Shown here: positions 11,601 to 26,400 of the stretch, piece by piece
How positions within the stretch are numbered: the first letter of the stretch is position 1
Layout: every line of letters begins with the position of its first letter
Assembly: GCA_043228905.1 (NCBI GenBank)
Contig: JBHGNT010000010.1
Coordinates: 186,001 to 250,000, forward strand
DNA from: Azolla caroliniana
Taxonomy: Eukaryota > Plantae > Polypodiophyta
Length of the DNA stretch: 64,000 nt
Reading direction: 5' to 3'
Notes under the pieces: generated by a model
Databases searched by the model: none
Told to the model about the DNA's origin: nothing
The model's input: the letters and a program-made list of their open reading frames with translations, nothing else
Position numbers and translations under genes: made by a program

Positions 11601-14600
11601 TAGGTAGCGTTGTTAGCTTCGTATCACATGTTTGAACACAAAAATCCGATATCACATGGGCCAGGTATGAACATTTTAATTTACTCACGGGCTCTTCTCA
11701 ACTCCCTCTTCTAACTTGCCAATTTCTTCATGTCTCTCGACCTGAGTTTCAAAATCTTGATTGTTTAATTCCATATCATAGGTAGCGTTGTTAGCTTCGA
11801 TTCGCATGTTTGAACACAGAAATCCGGGATCACACGAGCTAGGTATGAACATTTTAATTTACTCACGGGCTCCTCTCAACTCCCTCCTCAAATTTGGTAA
11901 TTTCTTCATGTCTCTCGACCTGAGTTTCAAAATCTTCATTTTTTAATTCCATATCATAGGTAGTGTTGTTAGTTTCGAATCGCATGTTTGAACACAAAAA
12001 TCTGAGATCACACGAACCAGGTATGAACATTTTAATTTACTCACGCGCTCTTCTCAACTCCCTCCTCAAATTTGATAATTTTTTCATGTCTCTCGACCTG
12101 AGTTTCAAAATCTTGATTTTTTAATTCCATATCATAGGTAGCGTTGTTAGCTTCGATTCGCATGTTTGAACACAGAAGTCCGGGATCACACGAGCCAGGT
12201 ATGAACATTTTAAATTAGTCACGGGCTATTCTCAACTCCCTCCTCAAATTTGGTAATTTCTTCATGTCTCTCGACCTGAGTTTCAAAATCTTGAATTTTT
12301 AATTCTATATCATAGGTAGCGTTGTTAGCTTCGAATCGCATGTTTGAACACAAAAATCCGATATCACTTGCGCCAGGTATGAACATTTTAATTTACTCAC
12401 GGGCTCTTCTCAACTCCCTCTTCTAACTTGCCAATTTCTTCATGTCTCTCGACCTGAGTTTCAAAATCTTGATTTTTTAATTCCATATCATTGGTAGCGT
12501 TGTTAGCTTCGATTCGTATGTTTGAACACAGAAATCCGGGATCACACGAGCCAGGTATAAACACAGAACCCGCTCTTCTCGACTCCCTCTTCTAACTTGC
12601 CAATTTCTTCATGTCTCTCGACCTGAGTTTCAAAATCTTGATTTTTTAATTCCATATCTTAGGTAGCGTTGTTAGCTTCGAATCGCAAGTTTGAACACAA
12701 AAATCTGAGATCACACGAACCAGGTATGAACATTTTAATTTACTCACGCGCTCTTCTCAACTCCCTCCTCAAATTTGATAATTTTTTCATGTCTCTCGAC
12801 CTGAGTTTCAAAATCTTGATTTTTTAATTCCATATCATAGGTAGCGTTGTTAGCTTCGATTCGCATGTTTGAACACAGAAGTCCGGGATCACACGAGCCA
12901 GGTATGAACATTTTAAATTAGTCACGGGCTATTCTCAACTCCCTCCTCAAATTTGGTAATTTCTTCATGTCTCTCGACCTGAGTTTTAAAATCTTGATTT
13001 TTTAATTCCAAATCTTAGGTAGCGTTGTTAGCTTCGATTCGCATGTTTGAACACAGAAATCCGGGATCACACGAGCCAGTATAAACATTTTAATTTACTC
13101 ACCCGCTCTTCTCAACTCCCTCCTCAAATTTGATAATTTCTTCATGTCTCTCGACCTGAGTTTCAAAATCTTGATTTTTTAATTCCATATCATAGGTAGC
13201 GTTGTTAGCTTCGATTCGCATGTTTGAACACAGTAATCCGGGATCACACGAGCCAGGTATAAACATTTTAATTTATTCACGCGCTCTTCTTAACTCCCTC
13301 CTCAAATTTGGTAATTTCTTCATGTCTCTCGACCTGAGTTTCAAAATCTTGAATTTTTAATTCTATATCATAGGTAGCGTTGTTAGCTTCGAATCGCATG
13401 TTTGAACACAAAAATCCGATATCACTTGCGCCAGGTATGAACATTTTAATTTACTCACGGGCTCTTCTCAACTCCCTCTTCTAACTTGCCAATTTCTTCA
13501 TGTCTCTCGACCTGAGTTTCAAAATCTTGATTTTTTAATTCCATATCATTGGTAGCGTTGTTAGCTTCGATTCGTATGTTTGAACACAGAAATCCGGGAT
13601 CACACGAGCCAGGTATAAACATTTTAATTTATTCACGCGCTCTTCTCAACTCCCTCCTCAAATTTGGTAATTTCTTCATGTCTCTCGACCTGAGTTTCAA
13701 AATCTTGAATTTTTAATTGTATATCATAGCTACCATTGTTAGCTTCGATTCGCATCTTTGAACACAAAAATCCGGGATCACACGAGCCAGGTATGAACAT
13801 TTTAATTTACTCACGCGCTCTTCTCAACTCCCTCCTCAAATTTGGTAATTTCTTCATGTCTCTCGACCTGAGTTTCAAAATCTTGATTTTTTAATTCTAT
13901 ATCTTAGGTAGCGTTGTTAGCTTCGATTCGCATGTTTGAACACAGAAATCCGGGATCACACGAGCCAGGTATGAACATTTTAATTTACTCACGGGCTCCT
14001 CTCAACTCCCTCCTCAAATTTGGTAATTTCTTCATGTCTCTCGACCTGAGTTTCAAAATCTTCATTTTTTAATTCCATATCATAGGTAGCGTTGTTAGCT
14101 TCGAATCGCACGTTTGAACACAGAAATTCGGAAGCACACGAGGCAGGTATGAACATTTTAATTTATTCACGCGCTCTTCTCAACTCCCTCCTCAAATTTG
14201 GTAATTTCTTCATGTCTCTCGACCTGAGTTTCAAAATCTTGATTTTTTAATTCTATATCATAGCTAGTGTTGTTAGCTTCGATTCGCATCTTTGAACACA
14301 AAAATTTGGTATCACACGAACCAGGTATGAAAATTTTAAATTAGTCACGGGCTCTTCTCAACTCCCTCCTCAAATTTGGTAATTTCTTCATGTCTCGCGC
14401 CCTGAGTTTCAAAATCTTGATTTTTTAATTCCATATCTTAGGTAGCGTTGTTAGCTTCGAATCGCAAGTTTGAACACAAAAATCCGAGATCACACGAGCC
14501 AGGTATGAACATTTTAATTTACTCTCCGGCTCTTCTCAACTCCCTCTTCTAACTTGCCAATTTCTTCATGTCTCTCGACCTGAGTTTCAAAATCTTGATT

Positions 14601-14755
14601 TTTTAATTCCATATCATAGGTAGCGTTGTTAGCTTCGATTCGCATGTTTGAACACAGAAATCCGGGATCACACGAGCCAGGTATGAACATTTTAAATTAG
14701 TCACGGGCTCTTCTCAACTCCTTCTTCTAACTTGCCAATTTCTTCATGTCTCTCG

Positions 14756-17700
14756 ACCTGAGTTTCAAAATCTTGATTTTTTAATTCCATATTATAGGTA
14801 GCGTTGTTAGCTTCGAATCGCATGTTTGAACACAAAAATCCGATATCACTTGCGCCAGGTATGAACATTTTAATTTACTCACGGGCTCTTCTCAACTCCC
14901 TCTTCTAACTTGCCAATTTCTTCATGTCTCTCGACCTGAGTTTCAAAATCTTGATTTTATAATTCCATATCATAGGTAGCGTTGTTAGCTTCGAGTCGCA
15001 TGTTTGAACACAGAAATCCGGGATCACACGAGCCAAATATGAACATTTTAATTTATTCACGCGCTCTTCTCAACCTCCTCCTCAAATTTGGTAATTTCTT
15101 CATGTCTCTCGACCTGAGTTTCAAAATCTTGATTTTTTAATTCTATATCATAGGTAGCGTTATTAGCTTCGAATCGCATGTTTGAACACAAAAATCCGGG
15201 ATCACACGAGCCAGGTCTGAACATTTTAATTTACTCACGGGCTCCTCTCAACTCCCTCCTCAAATTTGGTAATTTCTTCATGTCTCTCGACCTAAGTTTC
15301 AAAATCTTGATTTTTTAATTCTATATCATAGGTAGCGTTGTTAGCTTCGAATCGCATGTTTGAACACAAAAATCCGGAATCACACGAGCCAGGTATGAAC
15401 ATTTTAATTTACTCACGGGCTCCTCTTAACTCCCTCCTCAAATTTCGTAATTTCTTCATGTCTCTCGACCTGAGTTTCAAAATCTTGATTTTTTAATTCC
15501 ATATCATAGGTAGCGTTGTTAGCTTCGAATCGCATGTTTGAACACAAAAATCCGGGATCACACGAGGCAGGTATGAACATTTTAATTTACTCACGGGCTC
15601 CTCTCAACTCCCTCTTCTAACTCGCTAATTTGTTCATGTCTCTCGACCTGAGTTTCAAAATCTTGATTTATTAATTCCATATCATAGGTAGCGTTGTTAG
15701 CTTCGAATCACATGTTTGAACACAAAAATCCGATATCACATGGGCCAGGTATGAACATTTTAATTTACTCACGGGCTCTTCTCAACTCCCTCCTCAAATT
15801 TGGTACTTTCTTCATGTCTCTCGACCTGAGTTTCAAAATCTTGATTTTTTAATTCTATAACATAGGTAGCGTTGTTAGCTTCGAATCCCATGTTTGAACA
15901 CAAAAATCCGGGATCACACGAGCCAGGTATGAACATTTTAATTTACTCACGGGCTCCTCTCAACTCCCTCCTCAAATTTGGTAATTTCTTCATGTCTCTC
16001 GACCTGAGTTTCAAAATCTTGAATTTTTAATTGTATATCATAGGTAGCGTTTTTAGCTTCGAATCACATGTTTGAACACAAAAATCCGTTATCACATGGG
16101 CCAGGTATGAACATTTTAATTTACTCAAGGCCTCTTCTCGACTCCCTCTTCTAACTTGCCAATTTCTTCATGTCTCTCGACCTGAGTTTCAAAATCTTGA
16201 TTTTTTAATTCCATATCTTAGGTAGCGTTGTTAGCTTCGAATCGCAAGTTTGAACACAAAAATCTGAGATCACACGAACCAGGTATGAACATTTTAATTT
16301 ACTCACGCGCTCTTCTCAACTCCCTCCTCAAATTTGATAATTTTTTCATGTCTCTCGACCTGAGTTTCAAAATCTTGATTTTTTAATTCCATATCATAGG
16401 TAGCGTTGTTAGCTTCGATTCGCATGTTTGAACACAGAAGTCCGGGATCACACGAGCCAGGTATGAACATTTTAAATTAGTCACGGGCTATTCTCAACTC
16501 CCTCCTCAAATTTGGTAATTTCTTCATGTCTCTCGACCTGAGTTTTAAAATCTTGATTTTTTAATTCCAAATCTTAGGTAGCGTTGTTAGCTTCGATTCG
16601 CATGTTTGAACACAGAAATCCGGGATCACACGAGCCAGTATAAACATTTTAATTTACTCACCCGCTCTTCTCAACTCCCTCCTCAAATTTGATAATTTCT
16701 TCATGTCTCTCGACCTGAGTTTCAAAATCTTGATTTTTTAATTCCATATCATAGGTAGCGTTGTTAGCTTCGAATCGCATGTTTGAACACAAAAATCCGA
16801 TATCACTTGCGCCAGGTATGAACATTTTAATTTACTCACGGGCTCTTCTCAACTCCCTCTTCTAACTTGCCAATTTCTTCATGTCTCTCGACCTGAGTTT
16901 CAAAATCTTGATTTTATAATTCCATATCATAGGTAGCGTTGTTAGCTTCGAGTCGCATGTTTGAACACAGAAATCCGGGATCACACGAGCCAAATATGAA
17001 CATTTTAATTTATTCACGCGCTCTTCTCAACCTCCTCCTCAAATTTGGTAATTTCTTCATGTCTCTCGACCTGAGTTTCAAAATCTTGATTTTTTAATTC
17101 TATATCATAGGTAGCGTTATTAGCTTCGAATCGCATGTTTGAACACAAAAATCCGGGATCACACGAGCCAGGTCTGAACATTTTAATTTACTCACGGGCT
17201 CCTCTCAACTCCCTCCTCAAATTTGGTAATTTCTTCATGTCTCTCGACCTAAGTTTCAAAATCTTGATTTTTTAATTCTATATCATAGGTAGCGTTGTTA
17301 GCTTCGAATCGCATGTTTGAACACAAAAATCCGGAATCACACGAGCCAGGTATGAACATTTTAATTTACTCACGGGCTCCTCTTAACTCCCTCCTCAAAT
17401 TTCGTAATTTCTTCATGTCTCTCGACCTGAGTTTCAAAATCTTGATTTTTTAATTCTATATCATAGGTAGCGTTGTTAGCTTCGAATCGCATGTTTGAAC
17501 ACAAAAATCCGGGATCACACGAGGCAGGTATGAACATTTTAATTTACTCACGGGCTCCTCTCAACTCCCTCTTCTAACTCGCTAATTTGTTCATGTCTCT
17601 CGACCTGAGTTTCAAAATCTTGATTTATTAATTCCATATCATAGGTAGCGTTGTTAGCTTCGAATCACATGTTTGAACACAAAAATCCGATATCACATGG

Positions 17701-20449
17701 GCCAGGTATGAACATTTTAATTTACTCACGGGCTCTTCTCAACTCCCTCCTCAAATTTGGTACTTTCTTCATGTCTCTCGACCTGAGTTTCAAAATCTTG
17801 ATTTTTTAATTCTATAACATAGGTAGCGTTGTTAGCTTCGAATCCCATGTTTGAACACAAAAATCCGGGATCACACGAGCCAGGTATGAACATTTTAATT
17901 TACTCACGGGCTCCTCTCAACTCCCTCCTCAAATTTGGTAATTTCTTCATGTCTCTCGACCTGAGTTTCAAAATCTTGAATTTTTAATTGTATATCATAG
18001 GTAGCGTTTTTAGCTTCGAATCACATGTTTGAACACAAAAATCCGATATCACATGGGCCAGGTATGAACATTTTAATTTACTCAAGGCCTCTTCTCGACT
18101 CCCTCTTCTAACTTGCCAATTTCTTCATGTCTCTCGACCTGAGTTTCAAAATCTTGATTTTTTAATTCCATATCTTAGGTAGCGTTGTTAGCTTCGAATC
18201 GCAAGTTTGAACACAAAAATCTGAGATCACACGAACCAGGTATGAACATTTTAATTTACTCACGCGCTCTTCTCAACTCCCTCCTCAAATTTGATAATTT
18301 TTTCATGTCTCTCGACCTGAGTTTCAAAATCTTGATTTTTTAATTCCATATCATAGGTAGCGTTGTTAGCTTCGATTCGCATGTTTGAACACAGAAGTCC
18401 GGGATCACACGAGCCAGGTATGAACATTTTAAATTAGTCACGGGCTATTCTCAACTCCCTCCTCAAATTTGGTAATTTCTTCATGTCTCTCGACCTGAGT
18501 TTTAAAATCTTGATTTTTTAATTCCAAATCTTAGGTAGCGTTGTTAGCTTCGATTCGCATGTTTGAACACAGAAATCCGATATCACTTGCGCCAGGTATG
18601 AACATTTTAATTTACTCACGGGCTCTTCTCAACTCCCTCTTCTAACTTGCCAATTTCTTCATGTCTCTCGACCTGAGTTTCAAAATCTTGATTTTATAAT
18701 TCCATATCATAGGTAGCGTTGTTAGCTTCGAGTCGCATGTTTGAACACAGAAATCCGGGATCACACGAGCCAAATATGAACATTTTAATTTATTCACGCG
18801 CTCTTCTCAACCTCCTCCTCAAATTTGGTAATTTCTTCATGTCTCTCGACCTGAGTTTCAAAATCTTGATTTTTTAATTCTATATCATAGGTAGCGTTAT
18901 TAGCTTCGAATCGCATGTTTGAACACAAAAATCCGGGATCACACGAGCCAGGTCTGAACATTTTAATTTACTCACGGGCTCCTCTCAACTCCCTCCTCAA
19001 ATTTGGTAATTTCTTCATGTCTCTCGACCTAAGTTTCAAAATCTTGATTTTTTAATTCTATATCATAGGTAGCGTTGTTAGCTTCGAATCGCATGTTTGA
19101 ACACAAAAATCCGGAATCACACGAGCCAGGTATGAACATTTTAATTTACTCACGGGCTCCTCTTAACTCCCTCCTCAAATTTCGTAATTTCTTCATGTCT
19201 CTCGACCTGAGTTTCAAAATCTTGATTTTTTAATTCTATATCATAGGTAGCGTTGTTAGCTTCGAATCGCATGTTTGAACACAAAAATCCGGGATCACAC
19301 GAGGCAGGTATGAACATTTTAATTTACTCACGGGCTCCTCTCAACTCCCTCTTCTAACTCGCTAATTTGTTCATGTCTCTCGACCTGAGTTTCAAAATCT
19401 TGATTTATTAATTCCATATCATAGGTAGCGTTGTTAGCTTCGAATCACATGTTTGAACACAAAAATCCGATATCACATGGGCCAGGTATGAACATTTTAA
19501 TTTACTCACGGGCTCTTCTCAACTCCCTCCTCAAATTTGGTACTTTCTTCATGTCTCTCGACCTGAGTTTCAAAATCTTGATTTTTTAATTCTATAACAT
19601 AGGTAGCGTTGTTAGCTTCGAATCCCATGTTTGAACACAAAAATCCGGGATCACACGAGCCAGGTATGAACATTTTAATTTACTCACGGGCTCCTCTCAA
19701 CTCCCTCCTCAAATTTGGTAATTTTTTCATGTCTCTCGACCTGAGTTTCAAAATCTTGAATTTTTAATTGTATATCATAGGTAGCGTTTTTAGCTTCGAA
19801 TCACATGTTTGAACACAAGAATCCGATATCACATGGGCCAGGTATGAACATTTTAATTTACTCAAGGCCTCTTCTCGACTCCCTCTTCTAACTTGCCAAT
19901 TTCTTCATGTCTCTCGACCTGAGTTTCAAAATCTTGATTTTTTAATTCCATATCTTAGGTAGCGTTGTTAGCTTCGAATCGCAAGTTTGAACACAAAAAT
20001 CTGAGATCACACGAACCAGGTATGAACATTTTAATTTACTCACGCGCTCTTCTCAACTCCCTCCTCAAATTTGATAATTTTTTCATGGCTCTCGACCTGA
20101 GTTTCAAAATCTTGATTTTTTAATTCCATATCATAGGTAGCGTTGTTAGCTTCGATTCGCATGTTTGAACACAGAAGTCCGGGATCACACGAGCCAGGTA
20201 TGAACATTTTAAATTAGTCACGGGCTATTCTCAACTCCCTCCTCAAATTTGGTAATTTCTTCATGTCTCTCGACCTGAGTTTTAAAATCTTGATTTTTTA
20301 ATTCCAAATCTTAGGTAGCGTTGTTAGCTTCGATTCGCATGTTTGAACACAGAAATCCGGGATCACACGAGCCAGTATAAACATTTTAATTTACTCACCC
20401 GCTCTTCTCAACTCCCTCCTCAAATTTGATAATTTCTTCATGTCTCTCG
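14756..20449. repeat. Tandem run of ~3 copies of the 11-mer HOR
   Basis: D-K at 14756-16179, A-K at 16180-18136, a 10-mer with fused C/D at 18137-19916, and A-C at 19917-20449. Confidence 0.92.
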
Positions 20450-23400
20450 ACCTGAGTTTCAAAATCTTGATTTTTTAATTCCATATCATAGGTAGCGTTG
20501 TTAGCTTCGATTCGCATGTTTGAACACATAAATCCGGGATCACACGAGCCAGGTATAAACATTTTAATTTATTCACGCGCTCTTCTCAACTCCCTCCTCA
20601 AATTTGGTAATTTCTTCATGTCTCTCGACCTGAGTTTCAAAATCTTGAATTTTTAATTCTATATCATAGGTAGCGTTGTTAGCTTCGAATCACATGTTTG
20701 AACACAAAAATCCGATATCACATGGGCCAGGTATGAACATTTTAATTTACTCACGGGCTCTTCTCGACTCCCTCTTCTAACTTGCCAATTTCTTCATGTC
20801 TCTCGACCTGAGTTTCAAAATCTTGATTTTTTAATTCCATATCATAGGTAGCGTTGTTAGCTTCGATTCGTATGTTTGAACACAGAAATCCAGGATCACA
20901 CGAGCCAGGTATAAACATTTTAATTTATTCACGCGCTCTTCTCAACTCCCTCCTCAAATTTGGTAATTTCTTCATGTCTCTCGACCTGAGTTTCAAAATC
21001 TTGAATTTTTAATTGTATGTCATAGCTACCATTGTTAGCTTCGATTCGCATCTTTGAACACAAAAATCCGGGATCACACGAGCCAGGTATGAACATTTTA
21101 ATTTACTCACGCGCTCTTCTCAACTCCCTCCTCAAATTTGGTAATTTCTTCATGTCTCTCGACCTGAGTTTCAAAATCTTGATTTTTTAATTCCATATCT
21201 TAGGTAGCGTTGTTAGCTTCGAATCGCATGTTTGAACACAAAAATCCGGTATCACACGAGCCAGGTATGAACATTTTAATTTACTCACGGGCTCCTCTCA
21301 ACTCCCTCCTCAAATTTGGTAATTTCTTCATGTCTCTCGACCTGAGTTTCAAAATCTTGATTTTTTAATTCCATATCATAGGTAGCGTTGTTAGCTTCGA
21401 ATCGCAAGTATGAACACAGAATTTCGGGATCACAGGAGCCAGGTATGAACATTTTAATTTATTCACGCGCTCTTCTCAACTCCCTCCTCAAATTTGGTAA
21501 TTTCTTCATGTGTCTTGACCTGAGTTTCAAAATCTTGATTTTTTAATTCTATATCATAGCTAGTGTTGTTAGCTTCGATTCGCATCTTTGAACACAAAAA
21601 TTTGGTATCACACGAGCCAGGTATGAACATTTTAATTTATTCACGCGCTCTTCTCAACTCCCTCCTCAAATTTGGTAATTTCTTCATGTCTCTCGACCTG
21701 AGTTTCAAAATCCGAATTTTTTAATTCTATATCATAGCTAGCATTGTTAGCTTCGATTCGCATCTTTGAACACAAAAAACCGGGGTCACACGAGCCAGGT
21801 ATGAACATTTTAATTTACTCACGCGCTCTTCTCAACTCCCTCTTCAAATTTGGTAATTCCTTCATGTCTCTCGACCGGAGTTTCAAAATCTTGATTTTTT
21901 AATTCCATATCTTAGGTAGCGTTGTTAGCTTCAATTCGCATGTTTGAACACAAAAATCCGAGATCACACGAGCCAGGTATGAACATTTTAAATTAGTCAC
22001 GGGCTCTTCTCAACTCCTTCTTCTAACTTGCCAATTTCTTTATGTCTCTCGACCTGAGTTTCAATGTCCTGATTTTTTAATTCCATATTCTAGGTAGCGT
22101 TGTTAGCTTCGAATCGCAAGTTTGAACACAAAAATCCGAGATCACACGAGCCAGGTATGAACATTTTAAATTAGTCACGGGCTCTTCTCAACTCCTTCTT
22201 CTAACTTGCCAATTTCTTTATGTCTCTCGACCTGAGTTTCAAAATCTTGATTTTTTAATTCTATATCATAGGTAGCGTTGTTAGCTTCGAATCGCATGTT
22301 TGAACACAAAAATCCGGGATCACACGAGCCAGGTATGAACATTTTAATTTACTCACGGGCTCCTCTCAACTCCCTCCTCAAATTTGGTAATTTCTTCATG
22401 TCTGGCGACCTGCGTTTCAAAATCTTGATTTTTTAATTCCATATCATAGGTAGCGTTGTTAGCTTCGAATCGCATGTTTGAACACAAAAATCCGGGATCA
22501 CACGAGCCAGGTATGAACATTTTAATTTACTCACGGGCTCCTCTCAACTCCCTCCTCAAATTTGGTATTTTCTTCATGACTCTCGACCTGAGTTTCAATA
22601 TCCTGATTTTTTAATTCCATATTCTAGGTAGCGTTGTTAGCTTCGAATCGCAAGTTTGAACACAAAAATCGGAGATCACACGAGCCAGGTATGAACATTT
22701 TAAATTAGTCACGGGCTCTTCTCAACTCCATCTTCTAACTTGCCAATTTCTTCATGTCTCTCGACCTGAGTTTCAAAATCTTGATTTTTTAATTCCATAT
22801 CATAGGTAGCGTTGTTAGCTTCGAATCGCATGTTTGAACACAAAAATCCGATATCACTTGCGCCAGGTATGAACATTTTAATTTACTCACGGGCTCAACT
22901 CAACTCCCTCTTCTAACTTGCCAATTTCTTCATGTCTCTCGACCTGAGTTTCAAAATCCTTATTTTATAATTCCATATCATAGGTAGCGTTGTTAGCTTC
23001 GAGTCGCATATTTGAACACAGAAATCCGGGATCACACGAGCCAAATATGAACATTTTAATTTATTCACGCGCTCTTCTCAACCTCCTCCTCAAATTTGGT
23101 AATTTCTTCATGTCTCTCGACCTGAGTTTCAAAATCTTGATTTTTTAATTCTATATCATAGCTAGCATTGTTAGCTTCGAATCGCATGTTTGAACACAAA
23201 AATCCGGGATCACACGAGGTAGGTATGAACATTTTAATTTACTCACGGGCTCCTCTCAACTCCCTCCGCAAATTTGGTAATTTCTTCATGTCTCTCGACC
23301 TGAGTTTCAAAATCTTGATTTTTTAATTCTATATCATAGGTAGCGTTGTTAGCTTCGAATCGCAAGTTTGAACACAAAAATCCGGGATCACACGTGCCAG

Positions 23401-26400
23401 GTATGAACATTTTAATTTACTCACGGGCTCCTCTCAACTCCATCCTCAAATTTGGTAATTTCTTCATGTCTCTCGACCTGAGTTTCAAAATCTTCATTTT
23501 TTAATTCCATATCATAGGTAGCGTTGTTAGCTTCGAATCGCATGTTTGAAAACAAAAATCCGGGATCACACGAGCCAGGTATGAACATTTTAATTTACTC
23601 ACGGGCTCCTCTCAACTCCCTCCTCAAATTTGGTAATTTCTTCATGTCTCTCGACCTGAGTTTCAAAATCTTGATTTTCTAATTCTATATCATAGGTAGC
23701 GTTGTTAGCTTCGAATCGCATGTTTGAACACAAAAATCCGGAATCACACGAGCCAGGTATGAACATTTTAATTTACTCACGGGCTCCTCTCAACTCCCTC
23801 CTCAAATTTGGTAATTTCTTCATGTCTCTCGACCTGAGTTTCAAAATCTTGAATTTTTAATTCTATATCATAGGTAGCGTTGTTAGCTTCGAATCACATG
23901 TTTGAACACAAAAATCCGATATCACATTGGCCAGGTATGAACATTTTAATTTACTCACGGGCTCTTCTCAACTCCCTCCTCAAATTTGGTAATTTCTTCA
24001 TGTCTCTCGACCTGAGTTTCAAAATCTTGATTTTTTAACTCTATAACATAGGTAGCGTTGTTAGCTTCGAATCGCATGTTTGAACACAGAAATCCGGGAT
24101 CACACGAGCCAGGTATGAACATTTTAATTTACTCACGGGCTCCTCTCAACTCCCTCCTTAAATTTGGTAATTTCTTCATGTCTCTCGACCTGAGTTTCAA
24201 AATCTTGATTTTTTAGTTCCATATTCTAGGTAGTGTTGTTAGCTTCGAATCGCAAGTTTGAACCCAAAAATCCGAGATCACACGAGCCAGGTATGAACAT
24301 TTTAAATTAGTCACGGGCTCTTCTCAACTCCTTGCTCAAATTTGGTAATTTATTCATGTCTCGCGACCTGAGTTTCAAAATCTTGATTTTTTAATTCCAT
24401 ATCATAGGTAGCGTTGTTAGCTTCGAATCGCATGTTTGAACACAAAAATCCGGGATCACACGAGCCAGGTATGAACATTTTAATTTACTCACAGGCTCCT
24501 CTCAACTCCCTCCTCAAATTTGGTAATTTCTTCATGTCTCTCGACCTGAGTTTGAAAATCTTGAATTTTTAATTCCATATCATAGGTAGCGTTGTTAGCT
24601 TCGAATCGCAAGTTTGAACACAGAATTTCGGGATCACACGAGCCAGGTATGAACATTTTAATTTACTCACGGGCTCCTCTCAACTCTCTCCTCAAATTTG
24701 GTAATTTCTTCATGTCTCTCGACCTGAGTTTCAAAATCTTGATTTTTTAATTCTATATCATAGGTAGCGTTGTTAGCTTCGAATCGCATGTTTGAACACA
24801 AAAATCCGGGATCACACGAGGCAGGTATGAACATTTTAATTTACTCACGGGCTCTTCTCAACTCCTTGCTCAAATTTGGTAATTTCTTCATGTCTCTCGA
24901 CCTGAGTTTTAAAATCTTAATTTTTTAATTCCATATCTTAGGTAGCGTTGTTAGCTTCGATTCGCATGTTTGAACACAAAAATCCGGGATCACACGAGCC
25001 AGGTATGAACATTTTAATTTACTCATGCGCTCTTCTCAACTCCCTCCTAAAATGTGGTAATTTCTTCATGTCTCTCGACCTGAGTTTCAAAATCTTGATT
25101 TTTTAATTCCATATCATAGGTAGCGTTGTTAGCTTCGAATCGCACGTTTGAACACAGAAATCCGGAAGCACACGAGGCAGGTATGAACATTTTAATTTAT
25201 TCACGCGCTCTTCTCAACTCCCTCCTCAAATTTGGTAATTTCTTCATGTCTCTCGACCTGAGTTTCAAAATCTTGATTTTTTAATTCTATATCATAGCTA
25301 GTGTTGTTAGCTTCGATTCGCATCTTTGAACACAAAAATTTGGTATCACACGAACCAGGTATGAACATTTTAATTTACTCTCCGGCTCTTCTCAACTCCC
25401 TCTTCTAACTTGCCAATTTCTTCATGTCTCTCGACCTGAGTTTCAAAATCTTGATTTTTTAATTCCATATCTTAGGTAGCGTTGTTAGCTTCGAATCGCA
25501 AGTTTGAACACAAAAATCCGAGATCACACGAGCCAGGTATGAACATTTTAATTTACTCACGGGCTCCTCTCAACTCCCTCCTCAAATTTGGTAATTTCTT
25601 CATGTCTCTCGACCTGAGTTTCAAAATCTTGATTTTCTAATTCTATATCATAGGTAGCGTTGTTAGCTTCGAATCGCATGTTTGAACACAAAAATCCGGA
25701 ATCATACGAGCCAGGTATGAACATTTTAATTTACTCACGGGCTCCTCTCAACTCCCTCCTCAAATTTGGTAATTTCTTCATGTCTCTCGACCTGAGTTTC
25801 AAAATCTTGAATTTTTAATTCTATATCATAGGTAGCGTTGTTAGCTTCGAATCACATGTTTGAACACAAAAATCCGATATCACATTGGCCAGGTATGAAC
25901 ATTTTAATTTACTCACGGGCTCTTCTCAACTCCCTCCTCAAATTTGGTAATTTCTTCATGTCTCTCGACCTGAGTTTCAAAATCTTGATTTTTTAATTCT
26001 ATAACATAGGTAGCGTTGTTAGCTTCGAATCGCATGTTTGAACACAGAAATCCGGGATCACACGAGCCAGGTATGAACATTTTAATTTACTCACGAGCTC
26101 CTCTCAACTCCCTCCTTAAATTTGGTAATTTCTTTATGTCTCTCGACCTGAGTTTCAAAATCTTGATTTTTTAGTTCCATATTCTAGGTAGCGTTGTTAG
26201 CTTCGAATCGCAAGTTTGAACCCAAAAATCCGAGATCACACGAGCCAGGTATGAACATTTTAAATTAGTCACGGGCTCTTCTCAACTCCTTGCTCAAATT
26301 TGGTAATTTCTTCATGTCTCGCGACCTGAGTTTCAAAATCTTGATTTTTTAATTCCATATCATAGGTAGCGTTGTTAGCTTCGAATCGCATGTTTGAACA

